This document shows, piece by piece, positions 46,755 through 55,503 of a stretch of DNA of 64,000 nt (position 1 is its first letter; every line of letters starts with the position of its first letter). Made by a program: the position numbers and the translations under genes. Source of the DNA: Candidatus Altimarinota bacterium (GTDB lineage Bacteria; Patescibacteriota; Gracilibacteria; CAIRYL01); contig OZ252287.1 of the NCBI GenBank assembly GCA_965250085.1, positions 1,216,001 through 1,280,000 of the forward strand. Reading direction: 5' to 3'. Below the pieces are notes generated by a model. It was not told the origin of the DNA, made no database searches, and saw only the letters and a list, made by a program, of their open reading frames with translations.

Positions 46755-47192
46755 TTATTCACTTTTGTTGCCCAAAGCTTCAAAGTACTGAGCCAACTGA
46801 TCTTTACTTAGATGTCCTACGAAGCAATAGCGAGTCAAGAGAGGGTTGTTCGTGGAGTTCGGCTCCATTGTAAGAAGTCCATAATGAACCATAACTGAGA
46901 GCGCTGCCTTCAACTCGTCTGGATGAAATCCACGAAACTGATTAGTGAGGTCGCTGATACAAGCTTTTCCACCAATGTCGTGAAGCTTCTCACGTATATT
47001 TTGATGAAATTCACGATTATAAGCGACTTCCAATGGGTCTTGAATTGTAGCTAGTAATTCTTTGCATTGCTCCGGTGTAGCTTCGGCTATCTCAGCTATT
47101 TCTCGAGAAACAGCTGCAATAGGGCACTCTCTTTCGACTATTGGCATATCGGAAGAATGTGGAGAGCTATCGGGAGCGACACTGTGTGACAT
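46755..47192 (-). CDS. Hypothetical protein, possible winged-helix C-terminus
   Basis: 145-aa ORF; ISDL...ELKAALSVMVHYGLL...TRY pattern. Confidence 0.55.
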   Translation of the reverse strand: MSHSVAPDSSPHSSDMPIVERECPIAAVSREIAEIAEATPEQCKELLATIQDPLEVAYNREFHQNIREKLHDIGGKACISDLTNQFRGFHPDELKAALSVMVHYGLLTMEPNSTNNPLLTRYCFVGHLSKDQLAQYFEALGNKSE

Positions 47193-47474
47193 CTTACAAG
47201 GATTAGATCACTCAATCTTGTTTTGTAAAACAGCAGTTGGAGACGAATTAGATTTGACAGAAATCATTAAAAATACTTACGATGCGAATCCATATAATAA
47301 AACATTAATATTTTCTTATGAAAGTAGTTCACAATGTCCCTGCATTAACGCCTCAAAATGTTCAAGTGAAGGGGGATGATAGCCAGCAAGGAAGGCGTTT
47401 TCAAAGATGGCTAAAAAGACAGAGTGACAATAAAATTCCAGAAAGCGATGCAAATCAAGAAATGGCTTCAAATA

Positions 47475-47550
47475 TGGTCGGGGAGACAGGACTTGAACCT
47501 GCGACAACGCGACCCCCAGCCGCGGACTCTACCAACTGAGCTACTCCCCG
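47475..47550 (-). tRNA. tRNA-Pro (anticodon GGG)
   Basis: Minus strand CGGGGAGTAGCTCAGTTGGTAGAG...CGCGG-CTGGGGG-TCGCG...GGTTCAAGTCC...CCCCGACCA. Confidence 0.95.
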
Positions 47551-47577
47551 AAGCAGAAGGATTGTAAAAAAAATCTC

Positions 47578-48243
47578 TTAATATCGAAAGAGAAGATATG
47601 GATTTGGGAACAAATTCTCTATTTCTGAAAGGTCACTTGCAGCAATGTACCCCTGAAACATTCTTCCCGCATCTGCTGCTTTTTTGGTAATGATCTGCAG
47701 ATGTGTATGAGTAAACCACCCTCCACTGTCAGATCGTTCTCCAACATGAGCAAAAGATTCACCAGTATCAAGAATTTGCCCTTCTTGCACTATGTGATTT
47801 GAATCTAAATGTCCATAGAGAGAGTAAAAAATATCGCCTTGAACTTCATGTTTTAGCACCACGTATCCTCCATAGCTCCCAAGTTCTTCCTCTTTCCCTA
47901 CCCTATATACTGTTGCGGACAGCGGGGCAAAAAGCACATATCCTTTGGGAACGATAATATCAAGTCCCAGGTGATAGATTCTTCCTTCACGAATCATTTG
48001 GGGGAAGTTTTTCAAAATATTTTTCCTTTCTTCCAGATATCGTCCAATTCCCCAACTTGCTCCTGAACGAGCAAGCTCATCAAATATAATGCTCTGAAAA
48101 GCATCAAAATCATTGGTATCCATTTTAAGTGTTTTTGGATTATCAGAAGAGAAATCAAACATATAGGGATTTCCCTGAAGCTTTTTTCCAAACAGAGGAA
48201 AGATGTCAGGAGACTGCTCTGAGAGGAGTGTGAGAGGATACAT
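47578..48243 (-). CDS. M23 family metallopeptidase-like protein without signal peptide
   Basis: HLGLD, YGGYVVLKH, YSLYGHL, THTHLQI. Confidence 0.85.
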   Translation of the reverse strand: MYPLTLLSEQSPDIFPLFGKKLQGNPYMFDFSSDNPKTLKMDTNDFDAFQSIIFDELARSGASWGIGRYLEERKNILKNFPQMIREGRIYHLGLDIIVPKGYVLFAPLSATVYRVGKEEELGSYGGYVVLKHEVQGDIFYSLYGHLDSNHIVQEGQILDTGESFAHVGERSDSGGWFTHTHLQIITKKAADAGRMFQGYIAASDLSEIENLFPNPYLLFRY

Positions 48244-49222
48244 GATTCGGATTTAAAAGTTCAGGAAAGGATATGGATTCTATTTCATCAGCTGCAGGCT
48301 GAGATGATCGCGTGAGATCAATGTTCCTCCTTTGATGAAATAAGTTGTGATAATAGTGTAAGAGTCCAAAAATTGTTGTAGGGATTTTTGATTTTCGATA
48401 ATTTCGTTCTCGAAGTCCCATCGGAGTATCATGAGGCGATACTTCAGTAGGTCTTGTAAACGCAATTGGAGCCCCTTTGTCCACACCTTCTGTTAAAAAA
48501 TGGAGAGTAGAGCCTGTCCAAGTGCCTCCATCTTGATATGCGCGCTCAAGAGTATCTGCTGTAGGAGTAGCACCTCTTGCTTGATACGGATCACCTTTGA
48601 CTGTTACCGCTGGGTGGATATTGAGCATTCTGCCCAAGAGGCCGCGTTGCTCTTCTATAAGAGTTTGCAAAATAACCATTAAATGATCAGAAAGAATAAC
48701 GTCTGCTCGTGCTTCTTTTGCAATGGTTGCCAAATGTTCCTCCCATTCGCGTTTTGCAGCCGCTCTTTCCGGCGTGCCTATCCGAGTAGTATGACGCCAT
48801 TCTGATGGCAGATGATATGTGTTTTGTGTGACAAGATTCCCGCTATGAGGATCACGAAGATCAAGGGGATGTATCCATGAATACTCCAATGTTGGCTCCA
48901 GAGGATTATTCAAAAGATGACCACGAGATCTATCTGTCTCGGTATCATCAGTGATGACTGTCACCAATTGAAGTTGCTCACATTCTTCTCTTGTTTTTCC
49001 AATTCCCCGTACTATCGCTTCTGGAACTCCTTGTATGTATTCTCTCCTTCCTGGGGATATTTCTACTTCTTGTCCATTCTGATCCTCACCAACAACATCT
49101 CTCTGAGAGGTGACTACTGCAATGCGAAGTGGAGACTCAGGAAGAGGAGATATTCTTTCAGCACTTCCAGAATAATGAAAGAAGTGCAAGCTTTCCTGCG
49201 GAGACAAAAGTTCATTTCTCAT
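48206..49222 (-). CDS. PvdF-like N10-formyl-THF-dependent formyltransferase
   Basis: NIHP, TGSTLHF...GVDKG catalytic motifs, plus PvdF-type segments VITDD, W.HP.DL, PS.WR, K..WE, D.LMVIL, RGA..T, T...LR..N (comparison from memory). Confidence 0.72.
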   Translation of the reverse strand: MRNELLSPQESLHFFHYSGSAERISPLPESPLRIAVVTSQRDVVGEDQNGQEVEISPGRREYIQGVPEAIVRGIGKTREECEQLQLVTVITDDTETDRSRGHLLNNPLEPTLEYSWIHPLDLRDPHSGNLVTQNTYHLPSEWRHTTRIGTPERAAAKREWEEHLATIAKEARADVILSDHLMVILQTLIEEQRGLLGRMLNIHPAVTVKGDPYQARGATPTADTLERAYQDGGTWTGSTLHFLTEGVDKGAPIAFTRPTEVSPHDTPMGLRERNYRKSKIPTTIFGLLHYYHNLFHQRRNIDLTRSSQPAADEIESISFPELLNPNHVSSHTPLRAVS

Positions 49223-49333
49223 TTTATGGGGTATAAAAAAATGCAGCTTGATATATACAAAAATACTCCAAGGTATGTATAGTTTTTATAAAAAAATTTA
49301 TATTTTTATATTTTTTTGTTATATTTATAACAA

Positions 49334-49978
49334 ATGAAAAAAATATCCGACACTCTTCGGGAAATTATTCAAAAAAATTCACTTCTTCAGTTTGGATTTT
49401 CTCACCACCTTTTTAACCTCTCTGAATTAGCGAGGTTTTTACAGCCACATATCGAAGCACGTTCTCAGAAAGAGGTTCGAGTAAGCGCTATCACCATGAA
49501 TCTTTCTCGTCTTCAGAAGAAAGTAAAAAAAATAACACCTGATATACAAAAATTTGAGATAGAAAATCTCATGGTGTATTCAGATCTTTCGATTATGACA
49601 TTCCAGAAAACATCAAAGATTCACACAGAAATTCAAAAGCTGTATACAATTGTACAAGAAAAGAAAGGATTTATGACTCTTACCGAAGGAGGACACGAAA
49701 TTACTATTATTCTTGAAAATGAGTTTTGTAAAATCGCTCAAAACATGATCTCAGAATCACCAAAACAAAAAAATCATTCCATTGCTTCTATAGGAATTAA
49801 ATTTTCAGAAAAATATTCTTCCGTTCCAGGGTTTGTATATTCAGTATTGCAACAAACAACCTTGCAGGGAATCAATATTGTTGAATTGTCTTCTACGTAT
49901 ACAGAACTCATTTTGTATATTGACACAAAGGACGTGAAACTCGCATTTGATACCATTTTTGAATGTTTTTCTCGATAA
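49334..49978 (+). CDS. ACT-domain protein (N-terminal helical domain plus two ACT-like repeats)
   Basis: NLSELAR.L...SAI.M.LSR; VPGFVY..L.....GINIVELSSTYTEL. Confidence 0.8.
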   Translation: MKKISDTLREIIQKNSLLQFGFSHHLFNLSELARFLQPHIEARSQKEVRVSAITMNLSRLQKKVKKITPDIQKFEIENLMVYSDLSIMTFQKTSKIHTEIQKLYTIVQEKKGFMTLTEGGHEITIILENEFCKIAQNMISESPKQKNHSIASIGIKFSEKYSSVPGFVYSVLQQTTLQGINIVELSSTYTELILYIDTKDVKLAFDTIFECFSR

Positions 49979-51505
49979 ATGCGACAGAAAAAAAAATTGC
50001 CTTCGGCATTTTTGGAAAAATATAAAAAAGTTCTTTCGAATACAGAATTTAAAAAATTTCAGGAAGCCTGTACCCAGCCACTCAAGAAAAGTATTCGTAT
50101 CAATACGCTTAAAATCTCAGTTGCAGATTTCAAAAAAAGAGCAAAAAGAAAAAAATGGAAGCTCACTCCTGTTCCTTGGTGCAAAGAGGGGTTTTGGATT
50201 GATCGACCAGAGGAAGAGCAAAAAAGTATTCCGCTGGGAAAAACAGGGGAGCATATACTGGGACTTTTTTATATTCAAGAAGCCAGTTCTATGATTCCGG
50301 TAGCTGCCTTGTTTCATAATCAGCCCTTCGACTTCGCTCAGGGTGAGGAGAATCACCAAGTGATTCTTGACCTCACAGCAGCGCCAGGATCAAAAACAAC
50401 ACAATTGGCGGCGATAATGAAGAACACAGGATGTTTGATCGCAAATGAATTTTCTGCCAGTCGTATTAAAAAACTTTTTTCAAATGTACAAAGATGTGGC
50501 ATACGAAACACCGTTCTCACTCATTTTGATGGAAATTATTTTGGAAGGCATACGCCAGAAACTTTTGACGCTATCCTTCTTGATGCGCCTTGTACAGGTG
50601 AAGGGACGGTACGCAAAGATAGGGATGCGCTCAAAAACTGGAGCGAAAAAAGGATTCATTCAGCGGCAAAGATCCAAAGAAGGCTTCTTGCTTCCGCTTT
50701 CACGGCTCTCAAGCCAGGAGGAGTGCTGGTCTATTCCACGTGCACTTTGGGGCGGGAGGAAAATGAAGAGGTGTGTGGATTTTTGAAAGAAAAATTTGGT
50801 GATGTAGTGCAATTTGAATCTTTGAAAAATTTGTTTCCTGGAGCAGAAAAGTGTGTGACTCCAGAGGGATTTCTCCGTATCTGGCCACAGAGTTTTGATA
50901 CGGAAGGATTTTTTGTGGCACGAATTCGGAAAGCAGTACGAACGTTGCAATGCAACGTTCGTACGATACAAAATAGGAATTTTCCATTCTTACCTATCCC
51001 AAAATCTAAATTCCAAGAAATCCAAAAATATTATGCAGATCATTTTGGATTTTCTTTTTCACAGGTAGGGATTGATTGCAATCAATCCCTGTATATACGC
51101 GGCAGAGAAATATGGCTTTTCCCAAAAGGCGTTCAAGATTTTATCGGAAAAATCCACCTAGATCGCATTGGCATTAAACTTTGCGAAATCCATGCCAAGG
51201 GCATCAAAACATCACATGAAATGGCGGTAAATTTTGGTGGGGAATTTATGAAAAATACTCTAGAACTTTCTGCAAGTGAAGCTCAGGAATTTTATGCAGG
51301 GAAAGATATTAAACCCACCCAACCTCCCTTGTTAAGGGAGGAGCTTTTTTCTTCCCCCTTTGAAAAAGGGGGATTGAGGGGGATTTCTTCTGGTGAACTT
51401 CTCCTTACTTTCAACAAATTTCCTCTCGGGATAGGAAAAACACAAGGACAGAAGATAAAAAATCAATTGCCAAGGGATGTGGTGAGAGAAGGGGTCACGT
51501 TTTAA
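49979..51505 (+). CDS. rsmF: 16S rRNA cytosine C5-methyltransferase RsmF
   Basis: FYIQEASSM, AAPGSKTTQ, ANEFSASR, LDAPCTGEG, YSTCT, EGFFVARIRK, C-terminal PUA-like region. Confidence 0.93.
   Translation: MRQKKKLPSAFLEKYKKVLSNTEFKKFQEACTQPLKKSIRINTLKISVADFKKRAKRKKWKLTPVPWCKEGFWIDRPEEEQKSIPLGKTGEHILGLFYIQEASSMIPVAALFHNQPFDFAQGEENHQVILDLTAAPGSKTTQLAAIMKNTGCLIANEFSASRIKKLFSNVQRCGIRNTVLTHFDGNYFGRHTPETFDAILLDAPCTGEGTVRKDRDALKNWSEKRIHSAAKIQRRLLASAFTALKPGGVLVYSTCTLGREENEEVCGFLKEKFGDVVQFESLKNLFPGAEKCVTPEGFLRIWPQSFDTEGFFVARIRKAVRTLQCNVRTIQNRNFPFLPIPKSKFQEIQKYYADHFGFSFSQVGIDCNQSLYIRGREIWLFPKGVQDFIGKIHLDRIGIKLCEIHAKGIKTSHEMAVNFGGEFMKNTLELSASEAQEFYAGKDIKPTQPPLLREELFSSPFEKGGLRGISSGELLLTFNKFPLGIGKTQGQKIKNQLPRDVVREGVTF
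50324..50346 (+). repeat. In-frame micro-element CCCTTCGACTTCGCTCAGGGTGA in rsmF (encodes PFDFAQG)
   Basis: Homologous to the intergenic copy at 3357-3380. Confidence 0.85.
50936..50964. repeat. In-frame palindrome in rsmF (encodes VRTLQCNVR)
   Basis: GTACGAACGTTGCA-A-TGCAACGTTCGTAC, perfect 14-bp arms. Confidence 0.92.
51065..51092. repeat. In-frame GTAG-tagged palindrome in rsmF (encodes VGIDCNQSL)
   Basis: GT-AGGGATTGATTG|CAATCAATCCCT, perfect 24-bp core. Confidence 0.92.
51311..51386. repeat. In-frame double-hairpin element in rsmF (encodes PTQPPLLREE...SPFEKGGLRGI)
   Basis: CCTCCCTT-GTT-AAGGGAGG and TCCCCCTTT-GAA-AAAGGGGGA with outer AAACCCACCCAA / TTGAGGGGGATTT. Confidence 0.88.
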
Positions 51506-52410
51506 AACTTCACAATCTCTCCAAATTCATCATAGATCTTTACTTCGGGTTCCAGCGGTACTCCAAACCCGTCTTTTACTTTCTGAGCGACTTTTTGTGC
51601 CAATGCAATCATATCTTTTTGCGTCGCACTGCCGATGTTTTGCAAAAAATTGGCATGCATTTCTGAGACCATAGCATCTCCTATGCGCTCACCTTTGACT
51701 CCTGCAGTATCCAAGAGCCAGCCGGCTGCATTTTTTGGACTTGGAAAAGCATCTGACTCCGGAGGGTTTTTAAAAAATGATCCAGAAGAAAGACCAGCGG
51801 GTTGTTTTGTTTTTCGCATTTCTATGACTTCATTACATCGCTTCTGTATTTCCTCTGGATCTCCACTAGGTGCGGTCTGTTCTGCGCTCCAGACGATCCA
51901 TTTTTTTGGTTTCGTTGTATGAAGCTTAGAATTCCGATATTCATACTCAAACCACTCGTTTGTGACGATTTCAAATTTTCCTGTTTCAACATTAAGAATT
52001 TCTGCTTCCACCAAAGTATCTCGAGCTTCCCATCCAGGAATCCCAGCGTTCCCAGTGACAGCTCCGCCCCAAGTGCCGGGAAGGGCCAGAAAGCCGGACA
52101 GGTCTTTTTTGTTTTTCTTTGCAAATTGAACCAGTTCTGAAATGAGCACTCCGCTTTCTGCCCATATGTTTTCATTTCGCATTTCCAAAGCTTTATTCTT
52201 CATTTTGAGTACCAATCCGCGCAATCCTTTATCAGAAAACAAGATGTTGGAACCTCCTCCGAAGAAAAATATTTTGAGATTGTTTTCTTTGGCAAAAAGC
52301 ACTGCTTTTTCCAAACTCTCTTTGTTGGTAATTTCAGAAAAATAATCTGCTGCTCCACCAATTCGCATGGTGGTGTGTGGCGCCAGAAAGATATTTTTCT
52401 CAATTTTCAT
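51502..52410 (-). CDS. murB: UDP-N-acetylenolpyruvoylglucosamine reductase
   Basis: TTMRIGG.A, GGGSNILF, PGT.GGAV.GNAG, YRNS, SGSFFKNP, HANF, LEPEV. Confidence 0.96.
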   Translation of the reverse strand: MKIEKNIFLAPHTTMRIGGAADYFSEITNKESLEKAVLFAKENNLKIFFFGGGSNILFSDKGLRGLVLKMKNKALEMRNENIWAESGVLISELVQFAKKNKKDLSGFLALPGTWGGAVTGNAGIPGWEARDTLVEAEILNVETGKFEIVTNEWFEYEYRNSKLHTTKPKKWIVWSAEQTAPSGDPEEIQKRCNEVIEMRKTKQPAGLSSGSFFKNPPESDAFPSPKNAAGWLLDTAGVKGERIGDAMVSEMHANFLQNIGSATQKDMIALAQKVAQKVKDGFGVPLEPEVKIYDEFGEIVKF

Positions 52411-52448
52411 TCTTCACAAGTATATCGTTTTCCCGCAGAGAAAAAAAC

Positions 52449-52477
52449 TTGCTCCTTGTGTTTTTTTCTCATACAAT
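52449..52477 (+). promoter_or_regulatory. Putative sigma70 promoter of tRNA-Asp
   Basis: TTGCTC-17 nt-TACAAT. Confidence 0.55.
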
Positions 52478-52498
52478 CTCTTGGCTTTTTAAAAGCAT

Positions 52499-52575
52499 GG
52501 AGCGGTAGTTCAGTTGGTTAGAACGCCACACTGTCACTGTGGAGGTCGCGGGTTCGAGTCCCGTCCGTTCCGCCA
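52499..52575 (+). tRNA. tRNA-Asp (anticodon GTC)
   Basis: GGAGCGG acceptor, CCACA-CTGTCAC-TGTGG anticodon arm, GGTTCGAGTCC, ends GCCA. Confidence 0.96.
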
Positions 52576-52610
52576 GCACGTGCACTAATGCCGTGCTTGT
52601 ACCCGAGATT

Positions 52611-52631
52611 CCGCATATTCATGCGGTTTTT
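52611..52631 (+). terminator. Putative intrinsic terminator after tRNA-Asp
   Basis: CCGCAT-ATTC-ATGCGG followed by TTTTT. Confidence 0.6.
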
Positions 52632-52881
52632 CTATGTTCTCAAGAAGTCCCTCAGAGACTTGCCTAAGGTTGATTTTACAAGTCTCTTAAATTGTTAGCT
52701 GATGAAGGAGGGTGAAGGTGCACTATGCGTTTTTCGAAATCATCTAATTTAAAGATGTTTTTGGAAGTTTTTGAGATGAGAAAATTTGGCTCACTTTAGG
52801 GTTCGAATCTCAAGTTATTTTTCAGAAAAAGACTTATTTGTAGATAGACAAAAAAGTCTTTAAGAATCGATTTCTAAACAA

Positions 52882-53364
52882 TTACTCAATAATCTGTGCA
52901 TTTCTCACAGAAGTAGCCAATACAGCTGACCAGGAAGCTAGTTGTCCAGAGAAATTCACGCTATCACCTTTCTGAAATCCTAATAATTTCTCTTTTGCAG
53001 AATCCGGAAAAGTAGCAATCGCATCAGATACAAATGTACTTTTGAGACATTTGACCTGTAATTGCAGTTTTCCAAATGTTTCATCAACACTGGACACTTC
53101 TCCCTCCCATTTTACCCATTTGTTTTTGTATTCTTTGAATTTCTCATCTTTTTGAAGATCAGAAAGATTACTATTCAGTCCAAATATTTCATGAAATTCA
53201 ACGCAAGATATACCTACCCACTCTTTTTCTACAGGAGAAGAGGGTGTTTCTTCTGATTGACCATTAACTCCAATAATAATGGCTATAACCAGTATGGTGG
53301 TAATAATATAGTGGCGTAAAAACCAGTTTTTCTTTTTGTTTGTAGAAGTATTTGCTTCACTCAT
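52882..53364 (-). CDS. Membrane-anchored OB-fold (tRNA_anti-like) protein
   Basis: KKNWF + TM helix; YKNKWVKWEGEVSSV...LQKGD-like FQKGDSVNFSGQL. ATG at 53364 chosen. Confidence 0.72.
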   Translation of the reverse strand: MSEANTSTNKKKNWFLRHYIITTILVIAIIIGVNGQSEETPSSPVEKEWVGISCVEFHEIFGLNSNLSDLQKDEKFKEYKNKWVKWEGEVSSVDETFGKLQLQVKCLKSTFVSDAIATFPDSAKEKLLGFQKGDSVNFSGQLASWSAVLATSVRNAQIIE

Positions 53365-53416
53365 GTGGAAAAAATGAAAGAATAAAAAAAGTTTGTACAA
53401 ATAGGGACGACCCATT

Positions 53417-53532
53417 TGGACAAACTGCCATCAGCCCTTACGAGCTTCCGAAAGTTTATGAGCCGCCCCCTCTTGCACCTTTCGGGTACGAGGAAGCGAG
53501 CTCGATAAGGAATGCCGATAGCAATTTGTCCA
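53417..53532 (-). ncRNA. Candidate structured RNA or 5' leader (~116 nt)
   Basis: Closing stem GGACAAATTGCTATCGGC / GCTGATGGCAGTTTGTCC pairs fully on the minus strand with 3 G-U wobbles; nested inner stems; starts 6 nt after a -10 box. Confidence 0.65.
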
Positions 53533-53538
53533 CCTCCA

Positions 53539-53567
53539 ATATTACGAAACACTCCTTCTGTTATCAA
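53539..53567 (-). promoter_or_regulatory. Putative sigma70 promoter for the structured RNA and OB-fold gene
   Basis: Minus strand TTGATA-17 nt-TAATAT. Confidence 0.65.
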
Positions 53568-53581
53568 GGCAAAAGAAAAAC

Positions 53582-55033
53582 TTAGAAACCATCTGGTTTG
53601 TGGGTAAAAGTTCTCAGCATCTTTTGTTTTCGAAATTTTTTACTAAGTTCGCCCAAACATAAAGAAAAAGCATCTGCGAGATCGTCATGAGATTCTTTTC
53701 CAAGGTTCACAAGTTGATTAACAAGTTCTTTAGCACCGTGTTCAGGAAAGAAGACTTTTCCACTCTGGGGGAGATGAGAAACAGCAGCTAAACGAGAATG
53801 TTTATCTCCATGTACTCTTATGGGTTTCGCAAGTAGATCGCGTTCTTTCAAATGCTCCACTACAGCAGATTGATATCCCACATCTTCGACATAAATTTGA
53901 GCTTTATGCCAACCAGAAAAACTATTCAAAAGATTACTAAGGGCATCAAGGGTTGCCAGATGAGTCATTCTTGCATTGAGAATTTGAGGCAATACATAAA
54001 ATTTATAGTTGTTTCGGTTTCCTACTACAGCAATTGGCACAGCAGCTGTGTAATCTGCTGTTTGTTTTTGAGAAATAGCTAAATCCACGCCTATGCCTAC
54101 AAACTCATAATCAAAAGTAATGCTACTATCGTAATATTGAATCCACTCAGGCCAGATGGGTCTTGCTGTAGTATTTATGATTCGCAAAAGATATTCTCTG
54201 TACCAAGATTCATCACTGCCTACGTTTCTCCTCAGACGCAGAAGCCCTTGCTCGGAAAAACGTTCTGGCCATAAACAATCTTCAGATTTATTAATTAATG
54301 GATATTCTCGTACCTCTGCATCAATTTCATTATTTTGTGCTTTGTGAATAAATCTCATCATTACTGAATCGTCATGGAGTAGATTTCCCACCATTATAAG
54401 TCGAGTTCCTTCGTTCCCGGCAGGTATGACTTCTCCAGTCAGAAATAAAAAAGTTTTGTCTCTGCTTTCTTTTGTTTTTACAGAAGAGATATCTTCAATA
54501 TCATCACAAATAATTAAATCGGGCCGATGTTCTTTGTGTCGAACTCCTCGCAAACTCTGTTCAGTAGAAGCTGCCAATATTTTTGCTTCATATTTGGCGA
54601 GAACAAGTGAGTTTTGACTCCACTCAGCATTGCGAGTAAACAAAGGTCCAAAATCTCTTCGTAAAAGTTCATTCTGTTCTAATTCTTCACGAATATTCTT
54701 GAGCAGCAACTGTGCCTGTTGTTGAGTCTGAGAAAGCAACACTATAAAATTTTTTTGTTGTTTTCCCAAAATACTCCAGAGCAAATATGAAAGAGTAATG
54801 ATAGTTGATTTTGCAGATCCTCGAAATGCCATGAGGAGAAATGTCTGCACACTCTCATCTTCAATTATTCTAAAAATCTCGTGATGGAATTCTGCCAGTG
54901 GATACTTGATATAATGAGAAAAATAAGTAGAAAAAAAGAGCAGAAAGCTTTCGTAAACTGCAGCCTTGCGAGTGCGAGGATGCTGAAGAGTTTGGAGTAA
55001 TTCGCCTTGAGATATTTGTGAGTTATTCATCAT
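53582..55033 (-). CDS. Phage terminase large subunit
   Basis: FRGSAKST (Walker A), LIICDDIED (Walker B), VGN coupling motif; nuclease GVDLA, DYTA, VEDVGYQ, GDKHSRL, HDDLADA. Confidence 0.92.
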   Translation of the reverse strand: MMNNSQISQGELLQTLQHPRTRKAAVYESFLLFFSTYFSHYIKYPLAEFHHEIFRIIEDESVQTFLLMAFRGSAKSTIITLSYLLWSILGKQQKNFIVLLSQTQQQAQLLLKNIREELEQNELLRRDFGPLFTRNAEWSQNSLVLAKYEAKILAASTEQSLRGVRHKEHRPDLIICDDIEDISSVKTKESRDKTFLFLTGEVIPAGNEGTRLIMVGNLLHDDSVMMRFIHKAQNNEIDAEVREYPLINKSEDCLWPERFSEQGLLRLRRNVGSDESWYREYLLRIINTTARPIWPEWIQYYDSSITFDYEFVGIGVDLAISQKQTADYTAAVPIAVVGNRNNYKFYVLPQILNARMTHLATLDALSNLLNSFSGWHKAQIYVEDVGYQSAVVEHLKERDLLAKPIRVHGDKHSRLAAVSHLPQSGKVFFPEHGAKELVNQLVNLGKESHDDLADAFSLCLGELSKKFRKQKMLRTFTHKPDGF

Positions 55034-55478
55034 CTGAAGGTATGTTTAAGGACTGGTTTGATTCATTCGTTTCTTGCTTCTGGGGAAGCACGAGAGAAAT
55101 GGCTGCGGCAACCTTTTGCTGCTGTTCTTCCGTGAGTGGAGCTGGTTTTTCTAAAGATGCACTTACTTCTACTCGTTGGCGATATGCATGGTGACGGTTC
55201 TTAAGCCAAAAAATTATAGAAGTAATATTTCCTTCTTGAATAGCACTCAGAAGTTTAGATTCCGTCATATCATTCATCATCGCCACTCCATCTTGAAGCG
55301 CTATATCAGAGGTATCCATGAAAGAAGCATCTTCTTCTCTCCAGCGATAATAGGTGGCACGAGAAATACCTGCTTTTTCACAAGCAACTTGTACAATCGG
55401 AATCTTTCTGAGATATCCAAGAAGAATTTCTTGTTTCTGCTCGGTTTTAGCGACGACTGATTTCGTTTTTTTTGGCAT
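55023..55478 (-). CDS. Putative terminase small subunit (HTH)
   Basis: ACEKAGISRATYYRW...F, ESKL...I, SIIFWLKNR; directly upstream of and overlapping terL. Confidence 0.82.
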   Translation of the reverse strand: MPKKTKSVVAKTEQKQEILLGYLRKIPIVQVACEKAGISRATYYRWREEDASFMDTSDIALQDGVAMMNDMTESKLLSAIQEGNITSIIFWLKNRHHAYRQRVEVSASLEKPAPLTEEQQQKVAAAISLVLPQKQETNESNQSLNIPSDDE

Positions 55479-55503
55479 ATTGTATAAAAGAAAGAACAAA
55501 AAA

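Noticed and set aside
52798-52809. AGGGTTCGAATC as a tRNA fragment or att remnant
   Set aside because: No cloverleaf or acceptor stem around it, and it does not match the adjacent tRNA-Asp.
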